From assembly GCA_030141605.1 (NCBI GenBank), contig JAQGDQ010000052.1:760700-824699 (forward strand): a stretch of 64,000 nt of DNA, read 5' to 3'. The translations under genes and the position numbers were made by a program. Positions within the stretch are counted from its first letter, which is position 1, and every line of letters starts with the position of its first letter. This stretch comes from Tubiluchus corallicola. Its lineage: Eukaryota > Animalia > Priapulida. This document shows positions 1 to 11,188 of the stretch, piece by piece. Under the pieces are notes generated by a model. It was not told the DNA's origin. It searched no databases and saw nothing but the letters and a program-made list of their open reading frames with translations.

Positions 1-94
1 TGTTAAAACTTGTTACTCGATCGTATCACAATATACGTTACTTGCAAGAGGAATATAAGCCAAGCAAAATTTGATAAAAAAGATGTACATTTCG

Positions 95-463
95 TGTTGT
101 GTTTTGTTTCTCTCGGAAGGCTCGTAGAGAAAACCAGAAAACACTCCATCAAATTAAACTAGTTTATTAAGCGAGAATTCTGTAAGACAAAAGTATGCAG
201 GAACGCGAAATGTTTACAGTAAGCCTGAAAATCTGGAAAACGTTTAAGTGTATCTGAAAATGCAAGTATACAAGAGAATGTGTAACTGGCGTCCGCGTGA
301 ATCTGTGTGTCTCCCTCAGTGGCCTGCTTCGCCTTATATAGGGTGCCAGGGAACATTCCAGACGTTTCTCTCTAGAACATTCTACAAGGTAAGACGATTA
401 TTCTAATGAAACATTCTACAATGTTCTATTTAATTCTAATAGATGCCAGCGATCTCCACAACA
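95..463 (-). mobile_element. Solo LTR-like repeat, related to the copy at 13617-13929
   Basis: Bounded by TGTTGTG...CACAACA inverted ends; TATA-like (~335-340) and AATAAA (~163-168) on the - strand; shares TCGGAAGGCTCGTAGAGAAAAC and ATTCCAGACGT with the 13.6 kb copy. No TSD visible here. Confidence 0.55.
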
Positions 464-1082
464 ATAGGCTGCAGCCTAGGGCGATTAAAGCATGTGAGGT
501 CCATACTGTGCATTGCTGAATAATTCATAAAACTTAAAATAAAATTTTAACTTTAAAAAAGGAGGCTAAGAAATCTGGAAATCTGCAAAAGTGGCTTCTC
601 ATTTGAGATAAAAGGTCCCTGTTTGACGCCTTTTACTTGAAACAATGGGCCCTTGTTTATGGCCCTTTAATAAGCTAAGGGCCTTGAGATAAGGGCCCCT
701 CTTTGAACCCTTATGTAGCCCCAGCTATGCAAATGTTGGTGAAATATATCACAAAGTGTTCGAGACGTGTGTGAGCAAACTAGAGGGTGGTTCCATCTCA
801 GGGGGCCCCATAATTTCATTAGCGTAGGTGCCTCAAAAGATCATAATCTGGCCCTGTGTACAGGGTTTAACATCTAACCTTTTGCTAGGAAGACGTGATA
901 GAAAAACAAGTATATACTGATACAGAACAACTTATTGCATCGATGCAAAGCGGAATTAATTGAGAATCTGTCACACAGATTGCAATTTTGAAGCGTACGA
1001 TCGGGGCAGATTGAACTAAATGGCCTCGAAATTCAGCAGGCCCCATTCCGAGGAATCCATTAAAGGTCCAGTGACACCCTGG

Positions 1083-2268
1083 CAGACTGTCTGACATAAG
1101 GCAGTAATGACAGATGATTTTGTTTCCTGGGATTTCTAGGCGTACGCAGACTGTCTGACATAAGGCAGTAATGACAGATGATTTTGTTCCCTGGGATTTT
1201 TAGGCGTACACAGACTGTCTGACATAAGGCAGTAATGACAGATGATTTTGTTCCCTGGGATTTTTAGGCGTGCGCAGACTGTCTGACATAAGGCAGTAAT
1301 GACAGATGATTTTGTTTCCTGGGATTTTTAGGCGTGCGCAGACTGTCTGACATAAGGCAGTAATGACAGATGATTTTGTTTCCTGGGATTTTTAGGCGTG
1401 CGCAGACTGTCTGACATAAGGCAGTAATGACAGATGATTTTGTTTCCTGGGATTTTTAGGCATGCGCAGACTGTCTGACATAAGGCAGTAATGACAGATG
1501 ATTTTGTTCCCTGGGATTTTTAGGCGTGTGCAGACTGTCTGACATAAGGCAGTAATGACAGATGATTTTGTTCCCCAGGGATTTTTAGGCGTGCGCAGAC
1601 TGTCTGACATAAGGCAGTAATGACAGATGATTTTGTTCCCTGGGATTTTTAGGCGTGTGCAGACTGTCTGACATAAGGCAGTAATGACAGATGATTTTGT
1701 TCCCTGGGATTTTTAGGCGTGCGCAGACTGTCTGACATAAGGCAGTAATGACAGATGATTTTGTTTCCTGGGATTTTTAGGCATGCGCAGACTGTCTGAC
1801 ATAAGGCAGTAATGACAGATGATTTTGTTCCCTGGGATTTTTAGGCGTGTGCAGACTGTCTGACATAAGGCAGTAATGACAGATGATTTTGTTCTGTGGA
1901 CTTTTTAGGCGTGTGCAGACTGTCAGACATAAGGCAGTAATGACAGATGATTTTGTTTCCTGGGATTTTTAGGCGTGCGCAGACTGTCTGACATAAGGCA
2001 GTAATGACAGATGATTTTGTTTCCTGGGATTTTTAGGCGTGCGCAGACTGTCTGGCATAAGGCAGTAATGACAGATGATTTTGTTCTGTGGACTTTTTAG
2101 GCGTGTGCAGACTGTCTGACATAAGGCAGTAATGACAGGTAATTTTGTTCCCTGAGATTTTTAGGCGTGCACAGACTGTCTGACATAAGGCAGTAATGAC
2201 AGATGATTTTGTTCTGTGGACTTTTTAGGCGTGTGCAGACTGTCTGACATAAGGCAGTAATGACAGAT
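1083..2268. repeat. 64-bp tandem satellite, left arm (~18.5 units)
   Basis: Unit CAGACTGTCTGACATAAGGCAGTAATGACAGATGATTTTGTTYCCTGGGATTTTTAGGCGTGCG recurs at 1083, 1147 and so on; near-identical copies with no spacers. Confidence 0.97.
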
Positions 2269-2422
2269 TGTTAAATTTTATATCGGCATTCGACAATCCA
2301 GAGTGGACATTTTTATACAGTCAACATATGACCCAGATTGTGACCTACTGTTTCGCGTACATAGATTGACTTTTGTAGACAGGAGAAGTTATTTGGTCAT
2401 GTGTAAAGTTCAAAACACCTAA

Positions 2423-3001
2423 ATGATGTCGGACCAAACAACAAGGGAGAAATTAAAAAATACGACCCGTGATCAGTTGCGAGAAATGCTGCGGGCCAAA
2501 CAACTGTCAGTTTCTGGTAGTAAAGAAGAGTTAATTCATAGACTCTTAGCAAGTCAGCAGAAACCAGATCATTCATATAATGTGACGTCATGTGAAGCGT
2601 CTGGTACGTCGTCGTATGCTGACGCAGCTACAGCGACAGCGCAGCATCAAGTTGGCGAGCGCAGCCCTTCCAAAGCATCTTCAGGTGCTAGTTATTCGAA
2701 ATCTACGAGACGGTCGAAGAAAAGTGCCAGGGAATTAAAGTTGCATGAGATTAAGATTCAGGAATAGGAGCTGAAATTAAAAGCAATGAAATTAAAACAG
2801 TTAAGACTTGAGAGTGAAGTTACTTCACATAGCAGTGCAACCAGTCAGAAGTTGCGTACAACCATCACATCGCCTGAAATCAAGGACGAGACTTTAGCTA
2901 GGAAACCCATGTCAACCAAGGACAAGGTTACCGATTGGCTTCAAGGAGTGCGTGACGTCACCAAAGCCCAGTCATCAGACACCAAGCCTGCAGTTCATCA
3001 T
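2423..3001 (+). pseudogene. SAP-domain plus Ser-rich/coiled-coil retroelement gag-like N-terminus, interrupted by an in-frame TAG at 2765-2767
   Basis: LKNTTRDQLREMLRAKQLSVSGSKEELIHRL fits the SAP consensus; ORFs 2423-2767 and 2786-3178 are in one frame separated by a single stop; SSKASS..ARELKL..KLKQL..KVTDWL resembles BEL/Pao gag N-termini. Confidence 0.65.
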
Positions 3002-3912
3002 ATGTCTATGGAGGCCTATCTCACCATGGCAACGAACGACAGTTATGCTAAGGGAGCTCTTGTCTTGGCGCACAGTTTGCGTCGAACTGGTACAGCTCGA
3101 CATCTAGCAATTTTGGTCACCCATACTGTTTCTAGCAGAGTTATGGCAGAGCTTAGTAATGTTTTTGATTATGTATAATTAGTGATTTTGATAACTTGCA
3201 TTTGCTAGGTAGGCCAGAGCTAAATGTAACGTTCTCGAAATTGCACTGCTGGGCTATGACACAGTTTACTAAATGCGTTTACTTAGATGCTGATACTTTA
3301 GTATTAGATAATATTGATGAGTTATTCAATTATAATGAGCTTGCGGCTGCCCCAGATGTGGGGTGGCCTGATTGTTTTAATTCTGGAATGTTTGTATTTC
3401 AGCCTAGTTTGGAAACTTACAGTAGATTGTTGTCACTGTCACAAACTGAGGCCTGTTCATTCGATGGCGGTGATCAGGGTTTATTAAATTTAGCCTTTCC
3501 GAACTGGAGTTCACAGTTTGACAAGCGCCTACCTTTTGTGTATAGTGCTGCCGTCCAAGGTCGTTACGGTTACCTTCCTGCAATGAAGCAGTTCAGTAGC
3601 AAGGTTAAAGTTGCGCACTTTTTAGGCCGAAAGAAGCCCTGGCATTATACTGAATATGTAAACGGGGAGATCTCCGTCAATTTTTCGGATGACTATGAAT
3701 CAGGTTTTCTTCGTAGATGGTGGGATATCTATTTGTCTGATGTACAGCCCTTCTTCCAAAATTCTCCCAGTGAAGGTTTAGAACCTAGCGTTAAACAAAC
3801 TACGCCGTTCTTCCATGCCGCATTTAAATCACCCCAGGTAGAACAAGCTTTAAATATTTCTGCACGTGACTTCGTCCCAGGGAATACGCAACTTCCGCTT
3901 CCGGCTACATGA
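3002..3912 (+). pseudogene. GYG1: Intronless glycogenin (GT8) catalytic domain, disrupted by a stop and small deletion/frameshift near 3176-3185
   Basis: AYLTMATNDSYAKGALVLAHSL, RPELNVTFSKLHCW, YLDAD (DxD), APDVGWPDCFNSG, SFDGGDQGLLN, YGYLPA (autoglucosylated Tyr), HFLGRKKPW, WW: collinear with animal glycogenin. The usual glycogenin C-terminal tail is absent. Confidence 0.92.
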
Positions 3913-3986
3913 ATATGGTGCAAACAATAAACAGTTATACTGAGCAAATGATGACTTTGTTTGTTTGTCTCCGTAAAGCCCAAACA

Positions 3987-4735
3987 CAGATGATTTTGTT
4001 CCCTGGGCTTTTTAGGTGTGTGCAGACTGTCTGACATAAGGCAGTAATGACAGATGATTTTGTTTCCTGGGATTTTTAGGCGTGCGCAGACTGTCTGACA
4101 TAAGGCAGTAATGACAGATGATTTTGTTTCCTGGGATTTTTAGGCGTGCGCAGACTGCCTGACAAGGCAGTAATGACAGATGATTTTGTCCCCTGGAATT
4201 TTTAGGCATGCGCAGACTGCCTGACAAGGCAGTAATGACAGATGATTTTGTTCCCTGGGATTTTTAGGCATGCGCAGATTGTCTGACAAAAGGCAGTAAT
4301 GACAGGTGATTTTGTTCCTGGGATTTTTAGGCGTGCGCAGACAGTCTCACATAAGGCAGTAATGACAGATGATTTTGTTTCCTGGGATTTTTAGGCGTGC
4401 GCAGACTGTCTGACATAAGGCAGTAATGACAGATGATTTTGTTCTCTGGGATTTTTATGCGTGCGCAGACTGTCTGACATAAGGCAGTAATGACAGATGA
4501 TTTTGTTTCCTGGGATTTTTCGGCGTGCACAGACTGTCTGACATAAGGCAGTAATGACAGATGATTTTGTTCCCTGGGATTTTTAGGCGTGCGCAGATTG
4601 TCTGACATAAGGCAGTAATGACAGATGATTTTGTTTCCTGGGATTTTTAGGCATGCGCAGACTGTCTGACATAAGACAGTAAAGATAGATAATTTTGTTT
4701 CCTGGGCTTTACTGACGTTTTGAGCGTGTGCAGAC
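3987..4735. repeat. 64-bp tandem satellite, right arm (~11.5 units)
   Basis: Same unit as 1083-2268, resuming in register after the TSD; slightly more degenerate. Confidence 0.97.
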
Positions 4736-4864
4736 CGGGTATACTGTCTGACTTAATGTGAGGTTCAAAAGTAAAAGAAAACGAAAAACTAAGAAGAAGT
4801 GTCTTTCAGACAACGTATTTTAACTCATTAAAATAGCGCTCTCTACATTTTTAGACATTACAAT

Positions 4865-5140
4865 ACATTTTCGGCCGTTTTTTGCAAAAGTTGTACGTCT
4901 GAGATCTGGAGAACGGGAACGGGCCACGGGTGGTGTTAGCTATGATTAAAATGTATTGTAATAGATAGCCCGTGCAGCGGTTGGTGTAGTAGGCGTATTT
5001 AGAATTCGTGAGAGGGCCACGGCGTCCCGTAACGGACGTTTTCCTGGACCTAACTCACGATGCAGAAAAAACGTTCTAGCCGTACCTGGTGGGACTCTCG
5101 AAATGAGATATACGGCCCTTTAGAAAGAGGAAGAAGAGGT
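4865..5140 (+). mobile_element. Internal fragment of the Helitron family at 10816-11978
   Basis: Reverse-complement similarity to ~11510-11790 (CGGCCGTTTTTTGCAAAAGTT, GAGAACGGGAACGGGCC, GAGAGGGCCACGGCGTCCCG). Confidence 0.75.
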
Positions 5141-7610
5141 GCCTTTCAGACAACATTTTTCAACTCATTAAAATAGTGGTCCCTACATTTTTAGACACAT
5201 GGGAAAACCTTCGTGGCCTTTTTTTCGAATGTGCAAATGAGATTTCAGAGAAAAAAAACATCAAATATTTAGGTAAAAAATATTCTTCTAGTTTAAAGTT
5301 TGACTGCTGAGCAACGTGCGTATAAGTTTGATGTAATCGACCACCTATATTCTACGTGTAGCTGCCCAAACTTTATTATTCGCCATGCCTAGCAGGATAG
5401 ATGGGCGATTAAGTTTGTGACAAAGGGAAATGATGTCCTATCCTCACTGCGGCCGCATTCTGTGTCATTTTACGTTGAATTAACGTGTAAAAAATCAGAA
5501 GAAATATTTCAAAATGCGAAGAAAGGGAGGTTGTTGTCATTAAGATCATGACGGTACCAACGGCGCTCATTTTAAGTTACCGTATCACATAGAAGCATGC
5601 ATCAAAACTGTTTTAAAAATTATGAAACATGTAAATCCGCCTATGCTATAAAAGAAAATTACATGAAAAATAGTGTTGTGAAAGTCATTTTTGAAGTTGT
5701 TGATCAATCACTTTGTTATGATTGAGTTTCGGCACAGAAGTATGAACAAGAATAAAACATCTACATGTATAATACATATTTGGCACTGCACACAACAGAA
5801 AAGTGTTTATTAAAACAGAAACATGAGTAGCATGACTGCTGCACTGAGAGTGAGAGTGAGAGTGACTAGAAAGCAAAACCAGTCAGTATATATAGGTATA
5901 GGTGACCTATGCAGACTTGCACAGGCTTCACAACAACCATTACTTTAAAATAGGGAGAGAACCAGTGAATATGCATTCACTGGACCATACAATTATACTG
6001 GGGGTAAGTCCGCTGGTAGAATGTAACAGGAGTAGCCAATAGATGGCAGCACCTAATTATAATGTACGATTCCAAGTGTCATAGGATCTTTTACTATGTT
6101 CTAAACAGACCTTTGTCTAAATCTACGTAGACAAAAGCATGGTAACGCGTCAGTAGTGTCTGAGTGATTGGCGTAATTTATTAGGAAGCCACAAAGTAAA
6201 GTTGGAAAGTGTTTTGCTGTAGGAATACACATGCTAGTGTCGAAGAATCCATTGCAAATAACGCAAGTAGCTCGTTTGATTTAATTGAACTATTGCGTAC
6301 TTAAGCAATTAGTTCTTTTACAATATCTATATACATTTTAATTACATTAGTGTCTCTCTTTCTGTAAATGTTTCGAATGTCATTATTTTCTAAGTTGCGT
6401 TCGAGATTTACTCTTGTATCTTGTCTAACCAATGGTAACAGACAATGAAAAATTAAATGTTCTGGGGTTTGACTGCCCAAACCGCAAGCACACAGATCTT
6501 AAGTTATTAGTTGTGCTAAACTTAAAAATTAAAGAATTACTTCCAAAATTTGGCGCCTTAGGCAACTGCCTAGTTTGCCTAGTGGTAGAGCCTTCCCCGA
6601 GTGGAGCTCTTAAACGTAGTAGATTAACAGTAGGAGAAATGGCAATAAATGCTGGCTGGTGCAACGAATCACCACTAGGTGGCTTTGAGAAGATGGAGAC
6701 TTGTACTGTGTTTTTATTAGTTGGCTAATAAAATAATTCCTGTATTTACAACACCATTAGATTTACCAGTCAGTAAGTATGACAGATATATAGAAACAAG
6801 TGCGTCAGCTCTTCTACTTGGAAGAGGTCGCAAATCATTGAAATACAGGATAGGCTGAGACTGAAGGAGAGCAGACTAGACCAGGGGACTTGGCATTACT
6901 ATCTGTTATATTTATTGTGTTTGATGTTCAATAAACGTGTAGTTTTATAATCAGACTCTTCATAGTTTTGCCATCCCTAAAACCCCAATAATCAGCTATA
7001 CACCGCCAATACAACGATTTATTTAACTATAGAGTCAGTCGAAATGACAATTTATTATTGAATATTACACTTTAAATGAGGAACGACCAGCTTACCTACA
7101 GGAACAGAGTTTGCGAGAAATGCCTGAGAAATGTGAACTGAGCTGCACATGCTACGAAAGACACGGCCACTGACAAGGGTCTACAGCAGACCTCCTCTTT
7201 TTATAAGCTCAGGTGTGCACGTGACTAGTGGCTTTTACTAACACAAGGTCAGAATGTGAGTCTGTGCTAGATAAAGCCACGTTCACATGCACACCTGAGA
7301 AGTCTACTGTATTCCTCTGCCAGCATTACATTTCATTTCATCACAGACCAGTTCCTTTATTGGACAAAGATTTTCGAAACCTGGCTTTATTGCTGGCTGT
7401 TTATTGCTGTTTAAACTGATCTTCAACACAGAAGTACCGACTGTAAATTTTACTTTTACTTGATGAACCTCTTCCTGTTTGTGTCAGAGAGTGTTAGAAA
7501 ACGGTTGCTTGTATTTTAAATCATGATTATTCAATGGTCAAATGCTCAGGAAATGGTCACTTCAATGGTCAAATGATCAGGAAAACAACTAAAAAACACT
7601 TTCGTCTTAC

Positions 7611-8690
7611 CTGTGAGATCCGGTTGTAACCATATCCGCGAAATCTTTCGTCATATTTTGAGAATCCCTTTTTGGCTATGTAGTACGGTTCCCACAGAGG
7701 GTGCCACACTACTTGATAAAGGACTCGCATCTCTTCACCAAAATCTGCCAGCCATTGCCCATAGTTCGTCATATTTTGGCAATGAGGACAAATGTCTGCG
7801 TAGAATGGCCTGATGATGGTCACATTTGCTGCTACCAATTGAATCAGTTCTTGTTTATTCTCTGGCAACAGTGCGTCCTTCTCCATTTCAAATGCCGGGA
7901 CGACGTAGGCATGGTTGTCACTATCATCGTCGAACTGCAAGTCCCTCCGCGATTGTTTCCTTTGAAGAAATTGCAGAAAGTCTTCGTACAGATTGACATT
8001 AACCACCATGTCAATATCGAGAACAAAAACGTATTCAGTAGTGGCGCCATCTGTGGCAACATTACGTAAAAAGTTTATGGGATAAACGGAATTTTTATTT
8101 TGATAATTAAAGGTTAACTTCTTTACAGAATTATTCTTATCACAATTTGGAAATCCGCAGAATGACTCAACTCTGCAGTTGTGGTTATGAATGTCACTCC
8201 CACATTGATGAAAATCTACGAGTGTGGTAAAGTTGACGTTCCTATGGTTACGTAGTCTGACAAGATGGAAGCTCACATGCTGACGTATTGCAGAGAAACA
8301 ATGACGTAATCTACAAATACTCTCACTGGCTGCCATAACATCGTCATCAGTTGGGGCAAAAACGGCAACCGAAATTTCATTTTGCCAACGCCTTCTCAAC
8401 GAAATCAGATACGGCAGATTGTCTACCGATGTCTGAGTGACGACAGTAACACCAAATACGTCAGAATCTTGATGACGAGTCGCTGCCTCACTGCGTACTA
8501 AATTGTAGATGACGTCATACTGTACCTCGCTGTCATGAAGAAATTTTGCGGTTTCAGTTCTGTAATGTTCACAAATCCGCGACTTCTTGAACAGCAAAAA
8601 GTCTCTTTTAATTGTCCCCAATCCGATGAGAACCAACACAACTATAATATTGCTATAAGTTAAATAAACTTTCACGTGTTCTGATTTCAT
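7611..8690 (-). CDS. B4GAT1: Beta-1,4-glucuronyltransferase 1 (GT49), exon 1 of probably 2
   Basis: MKSEH start followed by a type II TM segment; VTQTS, YPINFLRNVA, VLDIDM, VVPAFE, WEPYYI, YDERFRGYGYNRISQ; phase-0 donor CAG|GTAAGA at 7611/7610 directly after RISQ. Confidence 0.9.
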
Positions 8691-9556
8691 GTTGCTTGAC
8701 TGTATGCGCCTGGTGTTTTTTCGCAAAAAATAAACAAGATGAACCGGATACGTGATTTCAGGACAGAAAATTGTGATTTGCAACTCGGCTAATTGCATGT
8801 GAACTAACATACTGACAACCAAGCTCAGTTAACGCTGACCTAATGGCCCCACATAACAGCCTAATGACTTAGAGACTTCATTGAGACTTACCAGGGGCTA
8901 TAAATTGCACCGTTAACCACGTCTAAATGTCACTACTGCACTGTGTCACTAAACTTTTAGGAAACTCAAACAGTGATTCCCTGCAGCAAAATTACTTGAT
9001 ATTGATGACTTAAAAATTGACTTAACGGTTGTTGTTATGGGCAAATTACCCAATTACCCATCTAATTTGTTTTTTATTTTTCCAGCATGAGGGAGCCAAA
9101 AACTAAAGGGGACAAATGGGCAATTGCTGGCAGAGACTAACTTGTAATGTGGATAATGCAATTTTTATATGAGAAATTTAATGTCATGCTTCATAAACAT
9201 AAACAGTGTGCTCTCTCTAGCCGAACGAAGTAAATGATTTTTGTAAATCTAAGTTTATTAATTAGATAGCAATTTTCTGTGTAATCTTTTTGTTCAAATT
9301 TCTGTAGTTTTTTTTCAAATTGCATTACTGCAAATTTTATGCATTTTTTTTTGTTTTTTCTCCTTTAGAAAATAAAGACTGCAGTACACACCTTATGAAA
9401 GGAACTGTCGTGTTTTGCTGTGTTAACAGTTGTTTTGATTGAACTAATCGTCATTTCGTCATTTTGGACAAGAAGAATAGTTGGGTGATGACTTAGGAAC
9501 CGAAATTAAGCAAAGAACCTCACGGTTGTCATAAATATGAAATTTTACATCAACGT

Positions 9557-9991
9557 TAGGGGTGAGCATCGAACGTTCGAGTTCGAACATTCGAATCGAA
9601 TTCCAACGCTCGAATTCGATTCGAATGAGTTTGTTTAGTTCGAACTCCATTCGAATCCAAAACTATAGATTCGAATAATTCAGCACTTCAATCACATATG
9701 TTCATTATCACTAAAACGATTGAAACAACATGCAATTAGCGTGATTTAGCTGTGATCTCTGCGATTTAAACAAATTACTAGTCGTTTTATTGCAGAACAA
9801 AATCTAGTGATATGCATAATGTTTGTAAGACTAATTTTTACTGGTGGTTCGAAAACCTGTTCGAAAATCATTCAATCTCAATTCGAATTCGGTTCGAATT
9901 CGAAACACTGAAGTTCGGTTCGATTCGAATTCGAAAGTCACAAATTCGGTTCGATTCGAATTCGCTTTCTGGTAGAGAATGCTCACCCTTA
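9557..9991. mobile_element. hAT-like MITE rich in TTCGAA motifs
   Basis: TIRs TAGGGGTGAGCAT / ATGCTCACCCTTA; flanks ATCAACGT and ATCAGCAT (6 of 8 match, degenerate 8-bp TSD); subterminal TTCGAA arrays. Confidence 0.75.
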
Positions 9992-10815
9992 ATCAGCATA
10001 CACTCACATCCAAATCCGCGGAGTTTTCATGGATATATCTGTGGCGAAGTTCGGAGGAACTGGCGTTGATATTTGAACTGAATTTCAACTTTAAGTTTTT
10101 TGAAAGAGATCGTAGCAGAAGAAAGCTGCGGCACGTGCCAATAAATGTTAAAAATGCCACGTTTTAATTAATGCAACGAATAAAGAGTTATTTTATATTA
10201 GAATGTGTGTGTTTTAATATCGAATCGAAAATATTCTTTCACAGTACCCATGTTCATATAAGGTTATGGCGTTATACCCACAAAGCACGCGTTGTGGATG
10301 CGTCCAGTCCAGGCAAAGAGACGGCAAAAATCAGTGTTGAACTGCGCGATAGACCTGCAATTTATTAAAATAACAGATCACAAAAAGTGCTTAAGAACGT
10401 GCTAAAGGTTATTACTATTTAGACAAAATGAAAATTTGATTTAAGAAGACTGAAACACAAATTATTACTTTATGATTCTAGAGATTTCAAGCAATTCTAA
10501 CCAATTTAAACTATTAACTAATTATGTAGATGGTGACTTACATTTACTGGTGACAACTTTGACTTGAAAATACAACTAGTGACTGTTAAATTGTAACAAA
10601 ATAGACAAAGCAATGTAACAAAATAGACAAAGTATCACCAAACGGCATTATCAGCATAGCGGCAACAGAAAATGTAACTACGTGTAAGAACAAGTGTGAT
10701 TGATAGGTGGCGTATACTAAAGCTTAGGTCACATGACTAAGGCTGGCTTCGTTTTAAACAGTTTCAGGAAATGCATGTTTGTAAAAATGCAAAAAGGAAA
10801 CAAATAATTATAGAA

Positions 10816-11108
10816 CTAGCAAAGGCCCCGCAAAAGATTTTGCGTATAAATACACGTGTAATCAATAAATGCTATCTATCCATACCCAGCACCACCCTCG
10901 GCCCGTTCCCGTTCTCTATATCTCAGCCGTAGAACCTTTGCAAAAAACGGCCGAAAAATGGCCATTTTTGGAGGTTTTTCGCCCCCTTTCCTCCCGGTGG
11001 GCTCGATTCGAAAAATAAACCATCAATGAGACGACACTAGATCGAGACCTTTTGTTTGATATATAGATCGCCGCAAATGGTGCCGTCGTCCGGGCTGTAG
11101 CCTCGAAT

Positions 11109-11148
<40 letters not shown>

Positions 11149-11180
11149 TATTAAGATACCAAGAATATTAATATAATAGA
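10816..11180 (-). mobile_element. Non-autonomous Helitron, short copy
   Basis: On the - strand: 5' TCTATT..., 3' hairpin CGCAAAA-TC-TTTTGCG about 10 nt before terminal CTAG|T; no TIR or TSD. Confidence 0.8.
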
Positions 11181-11188
11181 TAGATAGA

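Larger units (their letters stand above)
2269..3986 (+). mobile_element. 1718-bp integrase-type insertion (TGTT...AACA ends, 5-bp TSD CAGAT), probably BEL/Pao-derived, carrying a captured glycogenin
   Basis: The satellite unit is split at GACAGAT|GATTTTG; CAGAT occurs at 2264-2268 and 3987-3991; ends are TGTTAAA and CAAACA; AATAAA lies near the 3' end (~3926). Confidence 0.85.

Noticed and set aside
1392-4608. Minus-strand MSDSLRTPKNP.. ORFs
   Set aside because: These are translations of the 64-bp satellite.
1083-4735. CRISPR-like array flanking ORFs
   Set aside because: Units are contiguous with no unique spacers, there are no cas genes, and the context is eukaryotic; it is a satellite.
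5585-5646. Minus-strand IGGFTCFIIFKTVLMH as B4GAT1 exon 2
   Set aside because: It lacks the CEL motif, has the wrong phase at the nearby AG and stops early; likely chance.
5698-7016. Two possible solo LTRs (TATA and AATAAA signals, opposite strands)
   Set aside because: I could not fix TG...CA boundaries or TSDs.
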